Shown piece after piece: positions 29,864-37,815 of a DNA stretch of 64,000 nucleotides; the first letter of the stretch is position 1; the number at the start of each line of letters is the position of its first letter. Both the position numbers and the translations under genes were made by a program. Origin of the DNA: Marispirochaeta sp. (GTDB taxonomy: Bacteria > Spirochaetota > Spirochaetia > JC444 > Marispirochaetaceae); NCBI GenBank assembly GCA_963676835.2, contig CAXXFF010000003.1, forward strand, positions 192,001 through 256,000, given 5' to 3'. Below the pieces are notes generated by a model. It worked only from the letters and a program-made list of their open reading frames with translations, did no database searches and was not told the origin of the DNA.

Positions 29864-30865
29864 ATGAAAAAAAATCTTTATGTTATTTTAATAATCCTCA
29901 CCGTCCTGTTCTATACAGGCTGCCCGGGTCCCGGCAGCGAAACCGCCCCCCCGACAACAGACAACAATGATGCAGATACAAAGATAACCCCTCCGGAACT
30001 TGTCAACGTTTCTGCAGGCACATTCCCTATGGGAAATCCGGATACAGGCTCACATTATTCAGAGTATCCGGTACATAGTGTTACCCTTGATGAGTATGAG
30101 ATTGGCAAGTATGAGGTTACAAATGCACAATTTGCTGAGGTTCTAAACTGGGCACTTGATAAGGGTTACATCAGCGTTATTGATAATGACAGATCAGCAC
30201 AGTATCAGGGAACTGAAGTGTATGATCTTGATGCTGGATATGTTCCCATTCAATTTGCAGGCGGAATATTTTCAGTAATTGAGGCGGCAAGAGAGAATCA
30301 CCCGGCGTCATCAATAATCTGGTACGGAGCGGTTGCTTACTGTAACTGGCTGAGTGAGGCAAACGGACTGGATGTATGTTATGATCTATCAACCTGGACC
30401 CAGACAGATAAAAATGCCGGAGGCTTCAGACTTCCCTCGGAGGCGGAATGGGAAAGAGCAGCAGCCTGGAAGGCAGAAACATCAACTTACTACAAGTACC
30501 CCAATAGTTCTAACACCTTAACTACCACTATAGCAAACTACGAAAATATAAACCCGTACAGTTTTACCGACATCCCATACACCGTTGAGATAGGGTATTA
30601 CACAGACCAGTTAAGTCCTGCCGGCTGTTACAACATGAGTGGAAATGTTGCCGAACTTGTGTATGACTGGTATGACCCGGATTACTATACAGCAGACGCA
30701 GTCACAAACCCCTTCGGACCCTCCGGGCCGGTCCCCTACCAGAACACTAAAGTATACAGAGGCGGCAGCTACTCTACATTTGACACCTATTGTACCACCT
30801 CAGCAAGATGGGCTATAGGACCGACAGGAGTCTCACAATCGGTGGGCTTCAGAATTGCCAGGTAA
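29864..30865 (+). CDS. FGE-sulfatase/SUMF1 (C-type lectin fold) lipoprotein
   Basis: Lipobox YTGC, IGKYEVTNAQF, FRLPSEAEWERAA, MSGNVAE, RGGSY, VGFRIAR. Confidence 0.9.
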   Translation: MKKNLYVILIILTVLFYTGCPGPGSETAPPTTDNNDADTKITPPELVNVSAGTFPMGNPDTGSHYSEYPVHSVTLDEYEIGKYEVTNAQFAEVLNWALDKGYISVIDNDRSAQYQGTEVYDLDAGYVPIQFAGGIFSVIEAARENHPASSIIWYGAVAYCNWLSEANGLDVCYDLSTWTQTDKNAGGFRLPSEAEWERAAAWKAETSTYYKYPNSSNTLTTTIANYENINPYSFTDIPYTVEIGYYTDQLSPAGCYNMSGNVAELVYDWYDPDYYTADAVTNPFGPSGPVPYQNTKVYRGGSYSTFDTYCTTSARWAIGPTGVSQSVGFRIAR

Positions 30866-30867
30866 TC

Positions 30868-31280
30868 TCAGAATATCAGGTTTTGCTCCTGAACGGCCCG
30901 TCTAATCTGGTTGTGCTGGGTGTTCAGGTCGTTATTCCCATATTCACCAAATAGATTATCTACCGATCTGTGTACTCTGGAAACTGAATCTTCCAAGTCC
31001 GTAAAAAGTTCATGATGAACCCATTCGGAGCCGAGAAGCTTATAAACATCAGCCGCAAAGCCTTCGGAAGCGGTTAAGGTAATAAGTTTATTTGCAGGAT
31101 GTTCCGCTCCGGCATTTTGGATTCTGGCAAGAAGACTGCCTACCCTGCCCCAGGCTTCCTCATCGGAGGACTCCCTGAGACGGCCGCCCTTACGGGGAAA
31201 TACGGCAAAGGGCATCCCATCTATCAGCCCAAGCGTTGGTGCTGATTCTACGTCATCTCCAATAACAAGACCGGGGCTTG
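30868..31280 (-). pseudogene. Remnant of an SrkA/RdoA-family stress kinase
   Basis: PTLGLIDGMPFAVFPRKGGR...GRVGSLLARI resembles the SrkA mid-region; N-terminus and HGD catalytic loop absent. Confidence 0.65.
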
Positions 31281-31298
31281 CAATTTAACATAAAGTAT

Positions 31299-31471
31299 AA
31301 AACGGCTGATCACAGATTGGCCGTTTTTTATTGAAAAAAGCTGATTCATGATGCACATTTCGACATCAGACTGCCATCACTTTACGCCTGCATAATGGAG
31401 GAAATATGAAAACAATAACCCTGAGAAATATTGATGAAAATCTGGATAAGACCCTGAAAAAACTAGCCCGG
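31299..31471 (+). repeat. 173-bp direct repeat, copy 2
   Basis: Matches 29565-29737; begins with an AAAACGGC...GGCCGTTTTT hairpin. Confidence 0.95.
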
Positions 31472-31663
31472 GAGACAGGTTTTTCGGTAAATTTCCTTAT
31501 TGTTTCTACCTTAAATGAAGCTCTGGGTTTAAATAAGAAAAAGTTCCATAAAGAGTATAACGACCTCGATTCATTGGCAGGGACCTGGAGCGTAGCAGAG
31601 CATGCGGAATTTTGCAGGAATACTGAAGGCTTCAACACTATCGATGAAGAAATGTGGACATGA
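31406..31663 (+). CDS. vapB: FitA/VapB-like RHH antitoxin
   Basis: MKTITLRNID...DLDSLAGTW...IDEEMW; GGAGG RBS; ATGA overlap with the toxin. Confidence 0.85.
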   Translation: MKTITLRNIDENLDKTLKKLARETGFSVNFLIVSTLNEALGLNKKKFHKEYNDLDSLAGTWSVAEHAEFCRNTEGFNTIDEEMWT

Positions 31664-32049
31664 AAAATATCTTAATAGATACAAATATATATTCTGCCTT
31701 TAAACTTGGTAACCGTGAAATTGTGAATGCATTCAGGACTATTGAAACAATCGGGATAAACTCAATTGTTCTTGGTGAGCTCTATGCCGGGTTTAAACTG
31801 GGAACACTTGAAGCCCAAAACAGGGCAGAACTTAATGCCTTTCTTGATACTACCAGAGTCTTGTTTTATTCGGTCGATGAGGTCACTGCGGAAATCTTTG
31901 CAGAGATATTTAAGACCTTAAGGCAGAAAAGAACACCGATTCCGACTAATGATATATGGATAGCTGCAACAGCAATGCAGCACGGCCTGGCGGTATATTC
32001 CCTGGACAGACACTTTACACAAATCAACGGGCTGCTGCGTTACTCTTAA
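31660..32049 (+). CDS. vapC: PIN-domain toxin (VapC family)
   Basis: LIDTNIYSAF, VLGELYAGF, IPTNDIWIAA, SLDRHF. Confidence 0.92.
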   Translation: MKNILIDTNIYSAFKLGNREIVNAFRTIETIGINSIVLGELYAGFKLGTLEAQNRAELNAFLDTTRVLFYSVDEVTAEIFAEIFKTLRQKRTPIPTNDIWIAATAMQHGLAVYSLDRHFTQINGLLRYS

Positions 32050-32107
32050 CCCTCATTTTTTCCGATAATTATTGTCAGATAAGTACTGTTTTTGTATTTT
32101 TTAACAC

Positions 32108-32506
32108 ATGAAAGAGAACAGACCTTCTTCCAAAAAAATGAGCCTGACAATTCTCGTTGTAGCAACGGTTGTCCTGGCTTACTCCCTTTTCGCCCAAAAC
32201 AGCGGCGATATGTCCGCCGCAGAGCTCAAAGAGATGATTGACTCAGGAACACCGGAATACCTGCTGGTAGATGTGCGCACCCCGGGTGAATACGCCGGAG
32301 GGTATATTCCCTCTGCTGTAAACATTCCCCTCCAGCAGATCGCTGATACACCGCCACAGGTTGCAAAGGACAGTCTGGTGATTCTCTACTGCCGTTCCGG
32401 CAATCGTTCATCCCAGGCTGCGCGACTGCTGAAAGAGATGGGATACAGCAATATTGTTGATTTCGGCGGAATCAGCCGCTGGAGCTTCGACAAGGCGTAC
32501 CCGTAA
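32108..32506 (+). CDS. Secreted rhodanese-like protein
   Basis: Signal peptide, LVDVRTPGEY, YCRSGNRS. Confidence 0.9.
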   Translation: MKENRPSSKKMSLTILVVATVVLAYSLFAQNSGDMSAAELKEMIDSGTPEYLLVDVRTPGEYAGGYIPSAVNIPLQQIADTPPQVAKDSLVILYCRSGNRSSQAARLLKEMGYSNIVDFGGISRWSFDKAYP

Positions 32507-32660
32507 TTTGTTCAGTCATTACCCCCTCTACATGCAGGCTGTTTCCCGATTCAAGGAAGATGACAAACTCATCACCGCCGAGCCTGGGTACCGTATCTGT
32601 AGAGTGAATTGACCGGCTAAGTACATACCCTGATTGTAGTACCCGAAAGCATGGTCTTTC
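32472..32660 (-). pseudogene. GGDEF (diguanylate cyclase) domain remnant
   Basis: LSRSIHSTDTVPRLGGDEFVIFL, GGDEF codons at 32579-32565; rest of the domain missing; boundaries approximate. Confidence 0.7.
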
Positions 32661-32670
32661 AAATTTAAAG

Positions 32671-34347
32671 CTATCCCTTAAAACGCTTTTCCGCTGTTTC
32701 CTCAATGGCGCTGAGTTTCTCTGAAAACTTTTTATCAAGACTGTATAGACCATCGACAGTACGTGCCTTGTGAAGAAGTGATTCAAAAATATCTCTGTAT
32801 TTTTTGTGGGCAAGCTTTCTGAGTACCACAAGAAAACGACGCAACAACAGAGCTGCATCTTTTTTCTCACCTGGTATATCCACGGATTCGAGATAGTGAA
32901 GAAGAACCTCGGACTCTTCCTGATTATCCGTAAAGCAGCAGTATGAGAGATCATCCCGCAGACGAAAAAGGGCGTGATCATCAAACTCTGACAAGTCGAG
33001 GTTTGTAACATCCTCTTTGACAGGAATTATCCCGCCAATCAGTGCAATATGCTGTTGTCCCGCAAGGATCACTCCTTCACCGCCATAACCTTTTTCTGCC
33101 AGCCTGCCGGGATGTAATCCATTTTTGAGCAGCATGACTATTCTGCGGGAAGCAAGGTATCTGATTACCGCCGACTGATCTGAAGCCCGGTGCTCTAATC
33201 CCCGGCGTACAACCAGCTGAAACTCGGTTGTCAGATTAGCCCGGGTAAGCCCCTGCCGGCCGCCGCGATACTGGGTATAGTTTTCTGCGAAGAGTTCAAC
33301 CCGTCCAAGCTTTGAGAGCATATCCATAAGTTGATCAAAAGGGACAACCCCGTCCGAATTATAGCTGAGCACTATGTAGCGGGCATCCACCGCTTGCAGC
33401 AGATTCGAAAGTGCTGCAGGTGCGCTATGCTTCCGACAGAATGGACTGCGGGTTTCCTGCCAGTCCTGCCTTATACCTGCCTTGTTTTTCAGCACACCGG
33501 TATCATCAAGTTCCCCGGAAACTTCGGGCCTGTCCCAGCGTGCAACACTGTTCAGCATATGATAATTACTGCCGTACTGATGGATATTATAGGGAGGATC
33601 AAGGTAGCAGAGATCCGCCGGTCGTCCTGCACACCAGGCAGCGGCATCCATGGAGCCTACTTCACCGGGGATGCCGTCTATCAGAACCGGGTATTCAAGT
33701 TCCATGGGTGCCATAATTCGCGTCAAAGCGTCCCCTCCATGGCCGCCGAAGCCTTTATGACAGGCCTTGAATACCCCGGAGGTGTTGGCGTGGGTGGCTG
33801 CTTCGTAGAGAAGCATGGCCAGAAGCAGGTTTTTTGCCTGACAGGATTTTGGATCTCCCGGGCAGACCGCTTCCGGAAACAGAGTTTCGATTTCCTCCCT
33901 TACCCTGTCGAGAAACAGGCCGTTTTCCCTGGTATAGAAAAGGCGTTCTCTGCGATAGTCCGCAGTCTGTGTATTTTCCGGAGCATAATAACGACTAAAA
34001 TAGGGATACTCGGGTTTTTCTGCCAGGCTGTTGAGCCTGGAGAGAGTTTTTTTTATTCCACCAAGGGATGAAAAAAGAGCTTCCCCTTCTGCCGGTGAAA
34101 GTTCAAGATGACAGCTGTTTATAATCCTGCTGTACTCCTCCCAGTCGTTGGCAAATACCCGGTACCCACGGTATTTACCCAGTCTGGAAACTGAACCGGA
34201 TCCGCAGAAAGGGTCCAGCATGGTAGTTATTTTATGCTCTGCTTCAAGATGGGAAAATACCCCGTTAAGGGATTTTAAAAGCCGCCTTTTATTACCGATG
34301 TAAGCAATCAGCTGTCGGGTAAGGTAGGCTGAAGAGAGTTCTGCCAT
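32671..34347 (-). CDS. Orphan N6-adenine DNA methyltransferase (D12/alpha-type) with C-terminal extension
   Basis: YIGNKRRL, LDPFCGSGSV (motif I), YLDPPY (motif IV), VLSYN; about 170 extra C-terminal residues. Confidence 0.88.
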   Translation of the reverse strand: MAELSSAYLTRQLIAYIGNKRRLLKSLNGVFSHLEAEHKITTMLDPFCGSGSVSRLGKYRGYRVFANDWEEYSRIINSCHLELSPAEGEALFSSLGGIKKTLSRLNSLAEKPEYPYFSRYYAPENTQTADYRRERLFYTRENGLFLDRVREEIETLFPEAVCPGDPKSCQAKNLLLAMLLYEAATHANTSGVFKACHKGFGGHGGDALTRIMAPMELEYPVLIDGIPGEVGSMDAAAWCAGRPADLCYLDPPYNIHQYGSNYHMLNSVARWDRPEVSGELDDTGVLKNKAGIRQDWQETRSPFCRKHSAPAALSNLLQAVDARYIVLSYNSDGVVPFDQLMDMLSKLGRVELFAENYTQYRGGRQGLTRANLTTEFQLVVRRGLEHRASDQSAVIRYLASRRIVMLLKNGLHPGRLAEKGYGGEGVILAGQQHIALIGGIIPVKEDVTNLDLSEFDDHALFRLRDDLSYCCFTDNQEESEVLLHYLESVDIPGEKKDAALLLRRFLVVLRKLAHKKYRDIFESLLHKARTVDGLYSLDKKFSEKLSAIEETAEKRFKG

Positions 34348-34721
34348 TAATAACCGGGATCAGGAAGATAGGCGGCCACATTGTTATCGGTTTCAAAAAC
34401 CTCAACCCGGTCGATATGAACCTGGGGAAAGCGGGGAGCCATCTCATCGTGTATGAATTTTGCGATCAGTTCCGCACTGGGGTTGCCATGACTGAACTGG
34501 GGATGCTCATTCAGGTTGGTGTGGTCAAGTCCACGGGTTATCTCCTTGAGGGCCTTCTTCAACAGCCCGAAGTCCACCAGCATACCACCTTCATCCAGGG
34601 TAGATCCCGAAACAAACAGTCTGATTTTATAGTTGTGTCCATGAAGATTTTCACACTTCCCGTGATAGTTTTTTATAAAATGGGCAGCGGCAAAATCGCC
34701 GTTTATTCTCAGCTGATACAT
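34347..34721 (-). CDS. queD: 6-carboxytetrahydropterin synthase
   Basis: FAAAH, CENLHGHNY, GMLVDFG, LDHTNLN, NPSAELIA, FET; start placed at ATG 34721 after GGAGG. Confidence 0.92.
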   Translation of the reverse strand: MYQLRINGDFAAAHFIKNYHGKCENLHGHNYKIRLFVSGSTLDEGGMLVDFGLLKKALKEITRGLDHTNLNEHPQFSHGNPSAELIAKFIHDEMAPRFPQVHIDRVEVFETDNNVAAYLPDPGY

Positions 34722-34822
34722 AAAAAGAAATGCCTCCCGAACCTGGAGCAGACCGCTTGTGGCCCCGGTCACTCCCGGGTAGACTGGAATCATATTATGA
34801 GCGCAGAAGGAGTTCCGTCGCC

Positions 34823-36334
34823 GTGACCAGTCTCCCGGAAACAGAAAAAAGATTATCAGAGATTACCGCTGCCATCAACATACTAAGCCGCAGGGGCACC
34901 AATGATCCAGTAATAAAAGGCATGGCCTACGACTCCAGAGAGGTTAAACCGGGATTCCTCTTTTTCGCCCTGCCTGGAATACACACCGACGGCCACCGCT
35001 TTATTCCCATGGCCCTTGAGAAAGGAGCAGCCGCCGTTATTCATACCAGTAATCTCGACTCCTACGAAGAAGGAATCGTCTATCTTAAAGTGGAAAACTC
35101 CCGGACACTTATGTCTCCTGTAGCTGCAGCTTTTTATAACTATCCTTCCCGAAACATGGGCATCGCAGGCGTTACCGGAACCGACGGGAAAAGCTCAACC
35201 GTAGCCTATCTCCATCAGCTGATCAGCGCTTCCGGAGAAAAATGCGGATTTTTATCAACCGTTGAGTTCCACAACGGCAGGGAATTGAAAAAGAATGCCT
35301 TCCGCCAGTCCACCCCGGAAGCCCCGGAGGTACATCAGCTTCTCAATGAGATGTACCGCCTTGGGTGCGGGTATGCAGTTGTTGAATCTACTTCCCACGG
35401 ACTTTCTCCTAAAAATAACCGCCTTGGAGATGTTGATTATAACGTCGGCATTCTGACCAATATAAGTCATGAGCACCTTGAGTTCCATGGGACAATGGAG
35501 CAGTATGCCTCGGATAAATCCAGACTCATGGCCGGCGTGGAAACTGCGGTTTTACCGGCGGAAGAACCCTGGCTTGATACTTTTCTCAATGCCGCAGGGA
35601 GTGCCGAAATACTGCTCTATGGATGCAATTCTACGAAAGCAGACTATAATGCGGTAGATATCCGTGAAGACCAGGATGGCCTGCACTTTCGGATTAAGCA
35701 TCCCGAAGGCGAAGTCGACTGCTATGCCCCGCTTCAAGGGCTGTTTAATGTGGATAATGCCCTCGCCGCGCTGTTGGGAGCTTCCCGGTTATTGGGGGTA
35801 GCCCCGGAAAGCCTGGCCCCCCTGCTGGCAGAGCTCAAACCAGTAAGGGGCAGAATGCAGCCGGTTAACGCGGGCCAGGCTTTTAATGTTCTTATAGATT
35901 ATGCCCACAGTCCCGGCTCCTTTGAAAAACTGTTTCCCCTGATGAGATCCCGCTGTGCAGGAAAACTCATTGCAGTATTCGGTTCCGCCGGAGAAAGGGA
36001 CAGGGAAAAACGGCCCATCCAGGGGGCCATTGCTTGCCGATACTGCGATATTATTGTTCTTTCCGATGAAGATCCCCGGGGAGAAGACAGAAACACCATT
36101 ATCAGCGAAATAGCTGCCGGCTGTAGCGGTAAGACAAAAAACTCAGATCTGTTTCTTATTCCAGACAGAGAGGAAGGTATTTACAAAGCCTGCAGTATGG
36201 CAGAAGCAGGTGACCTTGTTATCTGCCTGGGGAAAGGCCATGAGGGATCCATAATCGGACCTGAAGGGTCTGTTCCCTACGACGAGGAAGAGTGTGTCCG
36301 AAAAGCTCTTTTCCGTCTGGGCTATGGGAAATGA
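34823..36334 (+). CDS. murE: UDP-MurNAc-dipeptide:amino acid ligase MurE
   Basis: DSREVKPG, GVTGTDGKSST, STPEA, IDYAHSP, LGKGHE; GTG start after AAGGAG. Confidence 0.95.
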   Translation: MTSLPETEKRLSEITAAINILSRRGTNDPVIKGMAYDSREVKPGFLFFALPGIHTDGHRFIPMALEKGAAAVIHTSNLDSYEEGIVYLKVENSRTLMSPVAAAFYNYPSRNMGIAGVTGTDGKSSTVAYLHQLISASGEKCGFLSTVEFHNGRELKKNAFRQSTPEAPEVHQLLNEMYRLGCGYAVVESTSHGLSPKNNRLGDVDYNVGILTNISHEHLEFHGTMEQYASDKSRLMAGVETAVLPAEEPWLDTFLNAAGSAEILLYGCNSTKADYNAVDIREDQDGLHFRIKHPEGEVDCYAPLQGLFNVDNALAALLGASRLLGVAPESLAPLLAELKPVRGRMQPVNAGQAFNVLIDYAHSPGSFEKLFPLMRSRCAGKLIAVFGSAGERDREKRPIQGAIACRYCDIIVLSDEDPRGEDRNTIISEIAAGCSGKTKNSDLFLIPDREEGIYKACSMAEAGDLVICLGKGHEGSIIGPEGSVPYDEEECVRKALFRLGYGK

Positions 36335-36648
36335 CTTTTTCGCAGCGGGTAATCGCAATTCTAAAGGAAATACCCGAAGGAAAGGTGGTTACCTACGGAC
36401 AGATCGCCGCCATGGCAGGCAACCCGAGAGGAGCCAGGGGTGTGGTATGGATTCTCCGCTCATCATCACGGAAATACAATCTTCCCTGGCACCGGGTGGT
36501 AGCCGCCGGAGGAAGAATATCGCTGCCTGAAGGTGCCGGGTTTGAAGAGCAGGCGGCGCTGTTGGCGGCGGAAGGAATTATCGTTAACAACGGTAAAATT
36601 GATCTCAAAAACAGCCTGTGGCAGCCGGATCGAGTTTACCCGTCCTAG
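36331..36648 (+). CDS. Alkyltransferase-like (ATL/YbaZ, MGMT family) protein
   Basis: IPEGKVVTYGQIA, PWHRVV (Trp instead of the catalytic Cys); ATGA overlap with murE. Confidence 0.9.
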   Translation: MTFSQRVIAILKEIPEGKVVTYGQIAAMAGNPRGARGVVWILRSSSRKYNLPWHRVVAAGGRISLPEGAGFEEQAALLAAEGIIVNNGKIDLKNSLWQPDRVYPS

Positions 36649-36681
36649 ATCTTTGTGGTAGGTTTAAATCCAAGAGGGATT

Positions 36682-37815
36682 ATGTCTGATTTAACAACAA
36701 GCTTACAGAAAACCAGCCTGGTTATTCTTTACGGTGGAAAGTCCGGCGAACATGAAGTTTCATTGCGATCCGCATTTTCGGTCTATAAACATCTGGATTC
36801 CTCCCGGTTCTCCCCGATTTTAATCGGGATAGACATTGACGGCCGCTGGTACCTGCAGGATAATCCCCCTCTTTCAACCGGGGATACTCTGATTATAAGC
36901 CGGAGCACAGATAAAATTGTTATGGCGGTTCCCGGTGACGGTCTTTACAATCAGGGGCATAAACTTGAGGTCGATGCTGTTTTCCCTGTCCTCCACGGCA
37001 GCTACGGAGAAGACGGTACGGTTCAGGGTCTGCTGGAACTCTGCAATCTGCCCTATGCCGGTGCCGGAGTTTTAGGCAGCTCCCTTTCTATGGATAAGGC
37101 TGCAACAAAAACGGCCTGGATAGAAGCAGGACTTCCGGTGGTTCCCTTCATACGGGTGGACAGCCAGGAAATAGACAGTAACGGGAAGCTGATTGTATCG
37201 AAAGAAGAAGAAATACGTAAATCCTTCTCCATGCCTCTTTTTATTAAACCCCTGCGTGCGGGGTCATCCGTAGGGGTTTCCCGGGTGGACAGCTGGGAAT
37301 CACTGCCCGCGGCCCTTACAGAAGCATGTAAATACGATACCGCTGCAATCGTGGAACCCGCGGTAAATGCTCGGGAAATCGAATGTTCGGTGGTAGGCAA
37401 TTTTGCACTTGAAACCTTCCCTCCTGGAGAGGTTCTCCCGACCCATGATTTTTATGACTACGAAGCCAAATACCTGGATCCCGACGGAGCGGTTCTGCAG
37501 GTACCTGCGGATCTGCCGGAAAAGGATCTTGAAAAAATTCGTGATATTGCAGCCAAGGCATACCGTGCCGCCGGTGCGGAAGGTATGTCCAGGGTTGACT
37601 TCTTTGTGGACAAAACAAGCGGAGAAATACAGCTGAACGAAATAAACACAATTCCCGGTTTTACCAGCATAAGCATGTTTCCAAGGATGTGTGAAGCCGG
37701 CGGCCTGGCTTACACAGACCTTATCAGTCGAATGATAGATCTGGGTATTGACCGTCATCAACGGCGGCAGAAATGTGTATATTCTCTTCTTACTAAAACT
37801 GGAGTTGCAGAGTAA
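36682..37815 (+). CDS. ddl: D-alanine--D-alanine ligase
   Basis: GGKSGEHEVS, LHGSYGEDG, GSSVG, FYDYEAKY, NEINTIPG. Confidence 0.96.
   Translation: MSDLTTSLQKTSLVILYGGKSGEHEVSLRSAFSVYKHLDSSRFSPILIGIDIDGRWYLQDNPPLSTGDTLIISRSTDKIVMAVPGDGLYNQGHKLEVDAVFPVLHGSYGEDGTVQGLLELCNLPYAGAGVLGSSLSMDKAATKTAWIEAGLPVVPFIRVDSQEIDSNGKLIVSKEEEIRKSFSMPLFIKPLRAGSSVGVSRVDSWESLPAALTEACKYDTAAIVEPAVNAREIECSVVGNFALETFPPGEVLPTHDFYDYEAKYLDPDGAVLQVPADLPEKDLEKIRDIAAKAYRAAGAEGMSRVDFFVDKTSGEIQLNEINTIPGFTSISMFPRMCEAGGLAYTDLISRMIDLGIDRHQRRQKCVYSLLTKTGVAE

Noticed and set aside
29864..30865. Complete diversity-generating retroelement
   Set aside because: No reverse transcriptase, template repeat or avd gene in the window
27700..32670. 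Integron cassette array in the plasticity zone
   Set aside because: No RYYYAAC...GTTRRRY attC pattern between genes and no integrase
32671..34721. Full dpd (7-deazaguanine in DNA) or restriction-modification system
   Set aside because: No dpdA/tgt paralog, queC, queE, folE or endonuclease nearby; kept only as a linkage observation
34731..34790. SAH riboswitch assignment for the queD leader (CCAGGUUCGG resembles CCAGGCUCGG)
   Set aside because: The conserved GAGCGYUGC core and its downstream pseudoknot partner are missing
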